25,997 nt of DNA. It comes from Acutalibacteraceae bacterium. GTDB lineage: Bacteria > Bacillota > Clostridia > Oscillospirales > Acutalibacteraceae. Shown here in pieces: positions 9,129-16,559 of the stretch (position 1 is the stretch's first letter; each line of letters begins with the position of its first letter). The position numbers and the translations under genes are program-made. The notes beneath the pieces are model-generated. The model worked only from the letters and a program-made list of their open reading frames with translations, did not search any database and had not been told where the DNA came from. Location of the stretch: contig JBGVAQ010000374.1 in the NCBI GenBank assembly GCA_045224775.1, positions 1 through 25,997 on the forward strand. The letters are read 5' to 3'.

Positions 9129-9201
9129 TTTGACTTTCTTTGACTTTGTAAGTTTATTATATATTCAAAGTCAGAAAAGGTCAAAGTCAGAAAAAGTCAA
9201 T
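9129..9201. promoter_or_regulatory. Three CtsR operator boxes
   Basis: Minus strand AGTCAAA-GAA-AGTCAAA (9129-9145). Plus strand AGTCAGA-AAA-GGTCAAA (9169-9185) and AGTCAGA-AAA-AGTCAAT (9185-9201). All fit the RGTCAAA-NAN-RGTCAAA consensus. Confidence 0.9.
9156..9184 (-). promoter_or_regulatory. Sigma-A promoter of ctsR-mcsA-mcsB-clpC
   Basis: TTGACC-17 bp-TATAAT on the minus strand, with the -35 element inside a CtsR box and an A-rich UP-like tract upstream. Confidence 0.85.
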
Positions 9202-9280
9202 TTTTTTTTATTTTTGCATTGTAAACTCTGTTTTTCTTTGATTTTCTCGTTTTTTCTCACTGTTTCATATTTTTTACAGC

Positions 9281-9323
9281 AAAAAATATGCACATCAGGC
9301 TGGAATAAAAACCTGATGTGCAT
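9281..9323 (-). terminator. Intrinsic terminator downstream of the HD-GYP gene
   Basis: Perfect 12-bp stem ATGCACATCAGG/CCTGATGTGCAT followed by ATTTTTT on the minus strand. Confidence 0.8.
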
Positions 9324-9326
9324 TAA

Positions 9327-9370
9327 GGCTCCCTCTGTGAGTGAGCTGTCAGCTATGCTGACTGAGGGAG
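9327..9370 (+). repeat. REP-like palindromic unit, type A copy 1
   Basis: GGCTCCCTC-TGT-GAGTGAGC-TGTCAGC-TAT-GCTGAC-TGAGGGAG: two nested hairpins. Confidence 0.7.
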
Positions 9371-9434
9371 TTATAACCTGCGGTCAGTATAAAATCAGCG
9401 AAGCGGAAAAAAGAACAATAAACACACTTAGTTT

Positions 9435-9491
9435 GTCATTCAGAACTTAGTGAGGAATCTTTAAAGATCCTTCGCTTGCGCTCAGGATGAC
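9435..9491. repeat. REP-like palindromic unit, type B (head-to-head GTCATYCTGAGC...AAGGATCT halves)
   Basis: GTCATTCAGAACTTAGTGAGGAATCT-TTAA-AGATCCTTCGCTTGCGCTCAGGATGAC. The right half reverse-complements to GTCATCCTGAGCGCAAGCGAAGGATCT, which aligns to the left half. Confidence 0.7.
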
Positions 9492-9549
9492 TGGCTGTTT
9501 GTAGAATTTTTCAAGCGAAAGTATGCTTTGTGGGAAGCTGCGTAGAAAA

Positions 9550-9592
9550 CTCCCTACGGCACTTCGAGCCACCTCCCTCAATGAGGGAGTCT
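9550..9592 (-). repeat. REP-like palindromic unit, type A copy 2 (inverted, diverged)
   Basis: The minus strand reads AGACTCCCTC-ATT-GAGGGAGG-TGGCTCGAAGTGCCG-TAGGGAG, which aligns to copy 1. It abuts or overlaps the stop codon of the 1292-aa gene. Confidence 0.6.
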
Positions 9593-12500
9593 ATGAATGC
9601 AGGTATTTGGTTGAAGAAGGTGTTTCGGATGCAAAACATGCATTGTGCTTTATGTTGTGCTTTGCATAATAAAGTGCTTTCATAGCCTCGGAATACAACT
9701 CATCATAAGTACTGCCGTTTGACGGGAAAACACTTATTCCCGCTTTTCCGTATATTGCGATATCTCCTGTTTCGGACTGATACTTATTGCTTATTGTTTT
9801 GCATATCTGCTCTGCTTTTTCAAGTATCTTATCCCTTGAAGTCATTCCTTTTATCAGAACAATAAACCTGTTGCCGCTGCTTCTTCCGATTATGTCGGAA
9901 TCCCTGAAAAGCTCACGGATATTCTCGGCTACTTCCTTAAGAACAGCATTTGCAAATACTGTACCGAGATTTCTCTCGATAAGCTCGAAGCCGCATATCT
10001 CGGAAAGTATGAATGCATGTCCCGATACCGAGCCTTCATCATAGAGATAACTCTTTATCTTGTTTTCGGTAGCACGTTTGTTATAAAGATTTGTTATGAA
10101 GTCAGTGCGTTCCCTTTTATTGTCATCTATAACGCTGTCACGCTCATAGGATATATCCGTAAACACAGCTATTATCTTTATAGGAACCTGTGCGGCATTT
10201 CTCATTATAACGAAATGGACTCTGTTCCAGACATAAGCACCGTCTGTTTTTCTGTATACCCTGATAAAAGCTTCAGAATCCGTCTTATCGGAACGTGCCT
10301 TGTTCATCTTTTCAAGCAGCTTGGCAATATCACCCGAATGTATGAAAAGCTGATTTTTTATGTTCCTTACAAAATCTTCTGTTGCAGGAACATATCCGTA
10401 CATCTTTTCAAATGAATCGGTAAGCTTTATGTTATCGAATCTCGGCATCCACTCAAGTACGAATGACTTTGTCTGTATGAGTATTTCGTCATACATCTTT
10501 TCATTTGGAATAAGCGAAGTATGCTCGTGGTTGAGTATCGGATAACCGGAATCCACAGATGATGCCCTCATCTGAATTTTCATATCTTCGGAAGAAATAA
10601 ATTCTTTTCTGTGTATGCCAAATGGAACTCCCGTGTTTGCTCTCAGAATGTCAATGAATTCCTCGTCAATTCCTCCCGGAAGTACAGAAAATGCTCCGAG
10701 TCCGGCAAAACACTTTATAAGCTCCGAAAGCACACTTATATTATATATACCGTCCGAAACTGCATGTAAAAAGCTTCCGTCAAAGGCTGCACGGTCAAAA
10801 AGATTTTCTATAAAGCAGCTAACGCTTATGCTGCTCGTTCCGACATTATATACACCTGCCTTGAAGCCCATATCCCTGAGTACTGAAACAAAGCCTGTAA
10901 GCTCATTTATACTCATACCGCTTATCATGGCATGTGATACCATTATACATATATTTTCCGTGTTTATCGGGTATTTTGTCAGCATCTCCTTTATGGCAGC
11001 AAGAACAGCGTCACTGTCCTTCCCCTCAAACATCGTGAACATATTTATTTCAGGCAAGGATATATTTTCCTGCTCAAAAGAATATATCTCCGCAAACAAC
11101 CTGTTCAGACTGCTAAGACTGAATGCAGTTAAATTTCCGTCAATATCGCTATCGGCTGTAAGCGTATCATTTATGCCGAGATAATTGCTGTGAAGTTCAA
11201 GCATATCATATGAAAGTATCGTACCGCTTGATGAATCAACAACGGGTATGAAATACTTTTTCTTGTCGATAAGCTCAACAGAATCATCATTCACTTTAAT
11301 CTCAGAATCATACTTTTTAAGATCCCAGTTTTCGCACATCTTCTTATTATAGAAAAGATACATATTCTTTCCGTTGAGCTTTGCTATATCGACTGCCTTT
11401 GATGCATTTCCGAAAAGCTCATCAAAGCTTGTGCCGTCATTGGGATATGATGCTATACCCATAGTTGCAGATACAGTTATAACTTCCCCGTTATTATTGA
11501 AATCATAATTCTTATGAAGACAGCGGAAAATATCCTCTATAAGTTCCAATCTCTTTTCATTATCCGGACAGTCATTTATAAATACTATAAAATTATCGTC
11601 CTCTATCCTTGCAAGCATATTTCCGTAATTTATCTGCTGTTTGAGCAGTTCTGATATATCACAGAGAACATCATTCCCGAATTTATAATCCGTCTGTCTG
11701 TTCAGCTTTTTGAAATCGTCTATGTCTATAAGTATCATTGAATGATATCCGTTCTTGCCTGTATAGCTGATATAATCATCAACTTCACGCTTTATGCCGC
11801 TGTAATTCCACAGACCTGTCACAGAATCCTGATCGGACATCATACTGCTGTTTACAACGCTTTCATTAAGCTCCGACATAACAAGGAATATCCTGACAAG
11901 CTTATCGTCCTCGGTTATCGGTATCATCGAGCATCTTACGCTTGAAAATTCGCCCCGTCCGAGATCCATCTGACATTCAAGAATTACACTTTCACAGCCA
12001 TTGTCTGCCGCTTCCTGTATGCTCTGCAAGCGGAATGTCCTTAAAAACCTGTTCTTATAATTTTCGGGACAGCATTCCGAAAGTACATTTATGGATTCTT
12101 CATAGTTTTTCGGGATATATCCGCAGATATCCTTTATAGAACCCTTTCTTTCATGCATCATATCAAATCCTGTATCAAATTCAAAAACATAATCACACGC
12201 TCTGTAAAGAATATCCCTGTCACGCTTCTGACTTTCGCTCATTATCTTTTTCTGATGCTCAATGGTATCTATAAGGGCATTCCTGTCCATTTTCATATAG
12301 ATATCCCTTGTATGATCTTCCATAGCTTCGCCCGAATAGCTCTGATGATTATGATCAGAAACACTTCTGTCGGCATGGTTTGCATCGGCATATTCAACGG
12401 CAAGTGCCTTGAACTTCGGAAGTACTGCACCGAAACATTCCATCATTTCATCTGAAAATGCTCCGCATGCTCCCGTCCTTATCATATCAACAGCCTGTTC

Positions 12501-13469
12501 GTGAGAAAATGCCGTCTTATACGGACGTTCACTCGTCAGTGCATCATAACAGTCAGCCACTGAAACGACCTGTGCCCATATCGGTATCTGATCGCCGACA
12601 AGTCCGTCGGGATATCCAAGACCATCCCATTTTTCATGGTGATAACGGCATATATCATAGCAATAGCCGTAGTACTCGTTCTTTTCAACAGCGTCAAGCT
12701 GTTCGAGTATCTCACAGCCCTTTATTGTATGCTGTTTCATTATTCGGAACTCATCATAAGTAAGACGGCGGGGACTGAGAAGTATTGAATCGGGTATTGC
12801 TATCTTTCCTATATCATGTATAGACGAAGCTGAGGTTATAAGCTCTATCTTTTCTTCGGTCATGTTATATTTCGGGTACTTCTTCGCAAGCACACGCAAA
12901 AGAAGCTCTGTAAATTTCCTTATCCTGTGTATATGCCTTCCCGACTCTACATCACGGTATTCTATCACCGTACTGAGAGTATCAAGCATATCATTATTTA
13001 TCGTATTTATTTTTTTCTGCTGTGTTTTAAGACGCTCGTTCTGTTCAAGTATCTTCTTTGTCTGGTCATTCACAAGCTGTTCAAGCTCGTTTTTATTTGA
13101 GAACAGCTCGACCATATTTGCAACTCGCCTTTTTGCTATATACGGGTTCACAGGTGACGCTATAACATCACAGAACGGCATCGTAAGGCTGTTCTGCTTG
13201 ATATAACTGCTTTCGCTGTTGAGTATAACGATAACAGGAACATTATCGAATACTTTCAGAGCAGAAAGAGTCTTTACCGAATCGGAAGATAATCTCGACG
13301 CTATGCTTTCATTTATAAGTACAACAGAAATATCCTTATAGTTTTCGGTAAGAAGCCTGAACGCCGTTTCGCTGCTTTCAGTCTGTATAAGCTCATACTG
13401 CGAGGCGAAAATTCCGTAAAGAATAGACCTGTTTATTTCGGTATTATCTGCAACGAGCATCTTTCTCAT
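9591..13469 (-). CDS. Multidomain c-di-GMP signalling protein: pseudo-receiver, HD-GYP, PAS-like, degenerate GGDEF, degenerate EAL, PAS, degenerate GGDEF
   Basis: The HD-GYP motifs are intact (EYRDVESGRH, HDIGK, HHEKWDGLGYPDGL, VADCYDALTSERPYK). The GGDEF positions read EDDNF and SGNRF, the EAL position reads DML, and the receiver phospho-Asp position reads N (VVLINES). Confidence 0.85.
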   Translation of the reverse strand: MRKMLVADNTEINRSILYGIFASQYELIQTESSETAFRLLTENYKDISVVLINESIASRLSSDSVKTLSALKVFDNVPVIVILNSESSYIKQNSLTMPFCDVIASPVNPYIAKRRVANMVELFSNKNELEQLVNDQTKKILEQNERLKTQQKKINTINNDMLDTLSTVIEYRDVESGRHIHRIRKFTELLLRVLAKKYPKYNMTEEKIELITSASSIHDIGKIAIPDSILLSPRRLTYDEFRIMKQHTIKGCEILEQLDAVEKNEYYGYCYDICRYHHEKWDGLGYPDGLVGDQIPIWAQVVSVADCYDALTSERPYKTAFSHEQAVDMIRTGACGAFSDEMMECFGAVLPKFKALAVEYADANHADRSVSDHNHQSYSGEAMEDHTRDIYMKMDRNALIDTIEHQKKIMSESQKRDRDILYRACDYVFEFDTGFDMMHERKGSIKDICGYIPKNYEESINVLSECCPENYKNRFLRTFRLQSIQEAADNGCESVILECQMDLGRGEFSSVRCSMIPITEDDKLVRIFLVMSELNESVVNSSMMSDQDSVTGLWNYSGIKREVDDYISYTGKNGYHSMILIDIDDFKKLNRQTDYKFGNDVLCDISELLKQQINYGNMLARIEDDNFIVFINDCPDNEKRLELIEDIFRCLHKNYDFNNNGEVITVSATMGIASYPNDGTSFDELFGNASKAVDIAKLNGKNMYLFYNKKMCENWDLKKYDSEIKVNDDSVELIDKKKYFIPVVDSSSGTILSYDMLELHSNYLGINDTLTADSDIDGNLTAFSLSSLNRLFAEIYSFEQENISLPEINMFTMFEGKDSDAVLAAIKEMLTKYPINTENICIMVSHAMISGMSINELTGFVSVLRDMGFKAGVYNVGTSSISVSCFIENLFDRAAFDGSFLHAVSDGIYNISVLSELIKCFAGLGAFSVLPGGIDEEFIDILRANTGVPFGIHRKEFISSEDMKIQMRASSVDSGYPILNHEHTSLIPNEKMYDEILIQTKSFVLEWMPRFDNIKLTDSFEKMYGYVPATEDFVRNIKNQLFIHSGDIAKLLEKMNKARSDKTDSEAFIRVYRKTDGAYVWNRVHFVIMRNAAQVPIKIIAVFTDISYERDSVIDDNKRERTDFITNLYNKRATENKIKSYLYDEGSVSGHAFILSEICGFELIERNLGTVFANAVLKEVAENIRELFRDSDIIGRSSGNRFIVLIKGMTSRDKILEKAEQICKTISNKYQSETGDIAIYGKAGISVFPSNGSTYDELYSEAMKALYYAKHNIKHNACFASETPSSTKYLHS

Positions 13470-13488
13470 TTTTACACACCCCTATAAA

Positions 13489-13522
13489 AATGTGGAATTT
13501 GGAAAGTGGAAAGTGGAATTAT
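13489..13522 (+). repeat. 34-bp inverted repeat, left copy
   Basis: AATGTGGAATTTGGAAAGTGGAAAGTGGAATTAT, the exact reverse complement of 15611-15644. Confidence 0.95.
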
Positions 13523-13575
13523 GCATTTTATCCGGCATCTCAAAAACACTTTTCAGCATATACTTTTCCGCATAT

Positions 13576-13604
13576 ATTATACACAATCATTCGTGATTTG
13601 TACA
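13576..13604 (-). promoter_or_regulatory. Putative sigma-A promoter of the HD-GYP gene
   Basis: TGTACA-17 bp-TATAAT on the minus strand. The spacer contains an AATCA-N4-TGATT palindrome. Confidence 0.6.
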
Positions 13605-13609
13605 GAGTT

Positions 13610-14758
13610 TTACTCAACTTTTTTTATATCATCATAGTAATGCGCTATTATAAGATCAGTTATCATACCATAGCTTTTTATTCCGCCCGACTGTGAATTG
13701 CTCTTGAGATAGCTGTCATTGACAGCGGAAGCCGCCTCGGCAACAGGTGTTTCAAACTGCGTCCAGTACTCCGAATACGCTATCATATCAATGTAAATAT
13801 CCTCGCTGATATATTCCGTCAGTTTCTTATATTTATCTGCATCCGCACTGTACAAAGCGTTTGACGCATACATGAGAGCCGTGACATATCCCGAATACAT
13901 AAGCTCATCATCACCCGAATATATGCATGCAAGATAAGCCGTGAAATTTGCCTCCTGCTCACGCATTATACCTCTTACATGTGCAAGCTCATGGCACATT
14001 GTAAACGGCAGTTCAAGATCGGGAATATCCGTATTTACATTTGCTTCAAACGTAAATGGGAAATACACTCCCGTTATATTCAGATATGACATTCCTCTTG
14101 AAAGCATTACCGATTTAGGAACACTGTAACCGCCGGCTATAAAAGAATACCGGCTGTTAAGATTATTTACGGCATCTCTCGCCTTTGTCCGTAAAGAATT
14201 TTTGTCGAAAGAAACAACACCCTTATCATCCTCTTTAAGCTCTGCACGTTCCTTTGAAGCGTTCTTTGCAAGATATACACATACCTCATACAGTTCATCC
14301 GATGATCTCGGTTTAACGTCAAATCCGCTGAGTTCAGTAAGGCTGGTACAGTAATAATTCACTCCGCAGTTCGTAACAAACGCAAAATAGACTGTAAAAG
14401 CACATGACGCTATTATCAGAATACTTTTCAAAGCGGTAAGTATGCGTTTTCCCTTTGCTTTGACTACAATAACGACAGCTGCGATTATATACACAAGAAC
14501 AGCAACAGGCAACAATACAATAAGCAGCTCACCGAGCGAAAACGGCAGTATTCCCGATACATTATTCCAGAATATTGAGATATACCTGTATATATTATTC
14601 AGGTAAAAATCGGCAGCCCAGCGGTTATGCTTAACAAACTCCCTGAGTGCAAGTGCAGCAGGCAGCAGCATTATCAGCCAGAACCATACGCTTTTCAATG
14701 CCTTTTTGCCAATGCTTTTAATAATTTTCAATGCACTTTTAAATCTTTCACTTTTCAT
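13610..14758 (-). CDS. DUF3810-family membrane-anchored putative zinc metallopeptidase
   Basis: N-terminal TM segments, PFSLGELL, GVYFPFTFEANVN, an HExxH motif (CHELAH) followed by REQEANF, and YSGY. Confidence 0.8.
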   Translation of the reverse strand: MKSERFKSALKIIKSIGKKALKSVWFWLIMLLPAALALREFVKHNRWAADFYLNNIYRYISIFWNNVSGILPFSLGELLIVLLPVAVLVYIIAAVVIVVKAKGKRILTALKSILIIASCAFTVYFAFVTNCGVNYYCTSLTELSGFDVKPRSSDELYEVCVYLAKNASKERAELKEDDKGVVSFDKNSLRTKARDAVNNLNSRYSFIAGGYSVPKSVMLSRGMSYLNITGVYFPFTFEANVNTDIPDLELPFTMCHELAHVRGIMREQEANFTAYLACIYSGDDELMYSGYVTALMYASNALYSADADKYKKLTEYISEDIYIDMIAYSEYWTQFETPVAEAASAVNDSYLKSNSQSGGIKSYGMITDLIIAHYYDDIKKVE

Positions 14759-14782
14759 AGCAGTCTCCGACTTTTTTATTTT

Positions 14783-14811
14783 ATTCTAACATAACTTAAA
14801 GAATGATTCAA
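14783..14811 (-). promoter_or_regulatory. Extended -10 sigma-A promoter of the DUF3810 gene
   Basis: TTGAAT-17 bp-TAGAAT with TATGn immediately upstream of the -10 element. Confidence 0.6.
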
Positions 14812-14834
14812 CTTTATTTAAAAGATGAAATACA

Positions 14835-14848
14835 AGGAAACGTTTCCA
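14835..14848. promoter_or_regulatory. LacI/CcpA-type (cre-like) operator between divergent promoters
   Basis: AGGAAACGTTTCCA, with the perfect 12-bp palindrome GGAAACGTTTCC and a central CG. Confidence 0.45.
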
Positions 14849-14859
14849 ATAAAAATTAA

Positions 14860-14888
14860 TTGCAAAAATCACAGCTTTTTAATATTAT
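14860..14888 (+). promoter_or_regulatory. Putative sigma-A promoter of the mecA-like gene
   Basis: TTGCAA-17 bp-TATTAT on the plus strand. Confidence 0.5.
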
Positions 14889-14939
14889 ATAACAAAGAAC
14901 TGTTTTTACGGAACTTACTGCATGAACGGAGTGAACTGC

Positions 14940-15521
14940 ATGAACATCGAACAGATAGACGAATCACGGGTACTGATAACCCTTTGTGACGAGGATATGG
15001 AAAACTATTCTGTAAGCTTTGAATCACTTAGCTTATCCGATAACCATACAAGAAGTGTACTGAAAAAACTTATGTACTATGCATCTGACAGAACCGGCAT
15101 AAGCTTCGAGAAAAAACACATACTGATAGAAGCTCTCAGATATGAACACGGCTGTATTTTACTTTTCACTGTATCGGAAAAAAGCGGCAAAAAAAAGATA
15201 TACAGGATAAAATACTACAACGACTCATATATTTTCACTTTTGAAAATGCCGAAGCACTTCTCTCATGCATACAGGCACTTTATCTTATGAATGACAGCC
15301 GCTTTGCAAGCTCGGTGTATTTCCGGAAAGACAGATATTACCTCGTAATAAACTCACCTGCCGCATTAAAGCCGAAATATATCTGCACAATATCGGAATT
15401 CTGCACACACCAGTTTCGTGGACGCATACACACCGCTATTCTGCGTGAACACTCAAAAGCTGTTTATGAAAAGAATGCCATTGAAGTTATCGGGAAAACT
15501 CTCTGCTCATCAAAAAGCTGA
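14940..15521 (+). CDS. mecA: MecA/YpbH-family ClpC adaptor protein
   Basis: The N-terminus MNIEQIDESRVLITLCDEDM resembles the MecA NTD (MxIExIxxxxIKxxIxxxDL). The C-terminus YIFTFENAEAL...YFRKDRYYLVI...SEF...LREHSKAVYEKNAI resembles the MecA CTD. Start placed at ATG 14940 behind GGAG. Confidence 0.7.
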   Translation: MNIEQIDESRVLITLCDEDMENYSVSFESLSLSDNHTRSVLKKLMYYASDRTGISFEKKHILIEALRYEHGCILLFTVSEKSGKKKIYRIKYYNDSYIFTFENAEALLSCIQALYLMNDSRFASSVYFRKDRYYLVINSPAALKPKYICTISEFCTHQFRGRIHTAILREHSKAVYEKNAIEVIGKTLCSSKS

Positions 15522-15523
15522 TA

Positions 15524-15561
15524 TAAAAACAAGGCACGATCAACGCTGACCGTGCCTTGTT
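15524..15561. terminator. Terminator between the convergent mecA-like and EamA genes (strong on minus, weaker on plus)
   Basis: 11-bp stem AACAAGGCACG/CGTGCCTTGTT with a T-tract on the minus strand. Confidence 0.8.
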
Positions 15562-15610
15562 CGTTAAGTGATATTCGGAAACAGCTTCATTCAATTCAGC
15601 AGAATTTAAA

Positions 15611-15644
15611 ATAATTCCACTTTCCACTTTCCAAATTCCACATT
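15611..15644 (-). repeat. 34-bp inverted repeat, right copy
   Basis: ATAATTCCACTTTCCACTTTCCAAATTCCACATT, the exact reverse complement of 13489-13522. It is followed by (ATTGT)x3 running into the EamA stop. Confidence 0.95.
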
Positions 15645-15657
15645 GTATTGTATTGTA

Positions 15658-16542
15658 TTATTTTTTATCTCGGAATATCCATATTTTGTTGTTGTACATG
15701 AACATGGCAACAGCCATGAGTATTATTATTGCATATCCGATAAAGCTGTAAATATCTGTCAGCTCTCCGAAAAACATGAATCCGAGTATAGTCGCAAATA
15801 TTATCTGCGAGTAATCATAAACGGATATCTCTCTTGCGGGTGCATTGCAGTATGCGGCAGTTATCGAGAACTGTCCGCCCGAAGCCGCAAGTCCTGCACA
15901 TAAAAGCATCGAGAGCTGATATATATTCATAGGGTGAAAATCGAATATCAGGAACGGAAGCATTGTAAGACATGAGAATGCCGAAAAGAAAAATACTATC
16001 ATCGCACCGTTCTCATTCCGCTTTCCCAGCAGACGAACTATCGTATATGCAAAGCCTGCAAACATTCCGCCCATAAGTCCGAGCATTGACGGAAACAAGT
16101 CAACATTTGAAAATGAAGGCTTTATTACAAACATTGCACCGACAAATGCAGCAAATACCACTGTTCCCTGAAAAAGCGACAATCTTTCTTTAAGTATTAT
16201 TATCGAGAAGATTATCACGAAAAACGGCGACATCTTATTCAGTATTGACGCATCCGAAAGCGGTATATGATCTATAGCGTAAAAGTTGCAGACTATACCG
16301 ACTGTTCCTGCTATCGACCTGAACAGAAGATACTTGAGATTACCTTTTTTCCACCTGAAACTCTGCTTGTTTTTCAGCATCATTGCCGCCGCAAAAAACA
16401 TTGCAACAAAATTTCTGAAAAAGCTTTTCTGGAAAGACGGAAGATCCCCCGAAAGCCTTACAAACAAATTCATAAGTGCAAAACAGAAAGCCGATATTAT
16501 TATATACAGTACTGCCTTGTTTTTATTGCTTATCCTGATCAT
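15658..16542 (-). CDS. EamA/DMT-family transporter
   Basis: About 10 hydrophobic segments in two EamA repeats; FFRN, LFRSIAG, AIDHIPLSDASIL and YCNAPAREISVYDYSQ. Confidence 0.9.
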   Translation of the reverse strand: MIRISNKNKAVLYIIISAFCFALMNLFVRLSGDLPSFQKSFFRNFVAMFFAAAMMLKNKQSFRWKKGNLKYLLFRSIAGTVGIVCNFYAIDHIPLSDASILNKMSPFFVIIFSIIILKERLSLFQGTVVFAAFVGAMFVIKPSFSNVDLFPSMLGLMGGMFAGFAYTIVRLLGKRNENGAMIVFFFSAFSCLTMLPFLIFDFHPMNIYQLSMLLCAGLAASGGQFSITAAYCNAPAREISVYDYSQIIFATILGFMFFGELTDIYSFIGYAIIILMAVAMFMYNNKIWIFRDKK

Positions 16543-16559
16543 TCATTATCCACCATCCA

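Noticed and set aside
9037-9450. 137-aa plus-strand ORF across the ctsR promoter
   Set aside because: It is Phe/Leu-rich because of T-tracts, overlaps ctsR antisense as well as operators, a terminator and a repeat, and has no RBS.
9281-9592. Palindrome cluster considered as a CRISPR array, tRNA or riboswitch
   Set aside because: The units are inverted, diverged and irregularly spaced. There is no cloverleaf, T-loop or recognisable aptamer.
14918-14946. 11-bp direct repeat ACTGCATGAAC around the two candidate mecA starts
   Set aside because: It is probably a small local duplication. It explains the alternative ATG but has no evident function.
13489-15644. 34-bp inverted repeats considered as transposon ends
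   Set aside because: There is no transposase inside, no target-site duplication outside, the cargo is core-like, and the repeat is low-complexity heptameric DNA.
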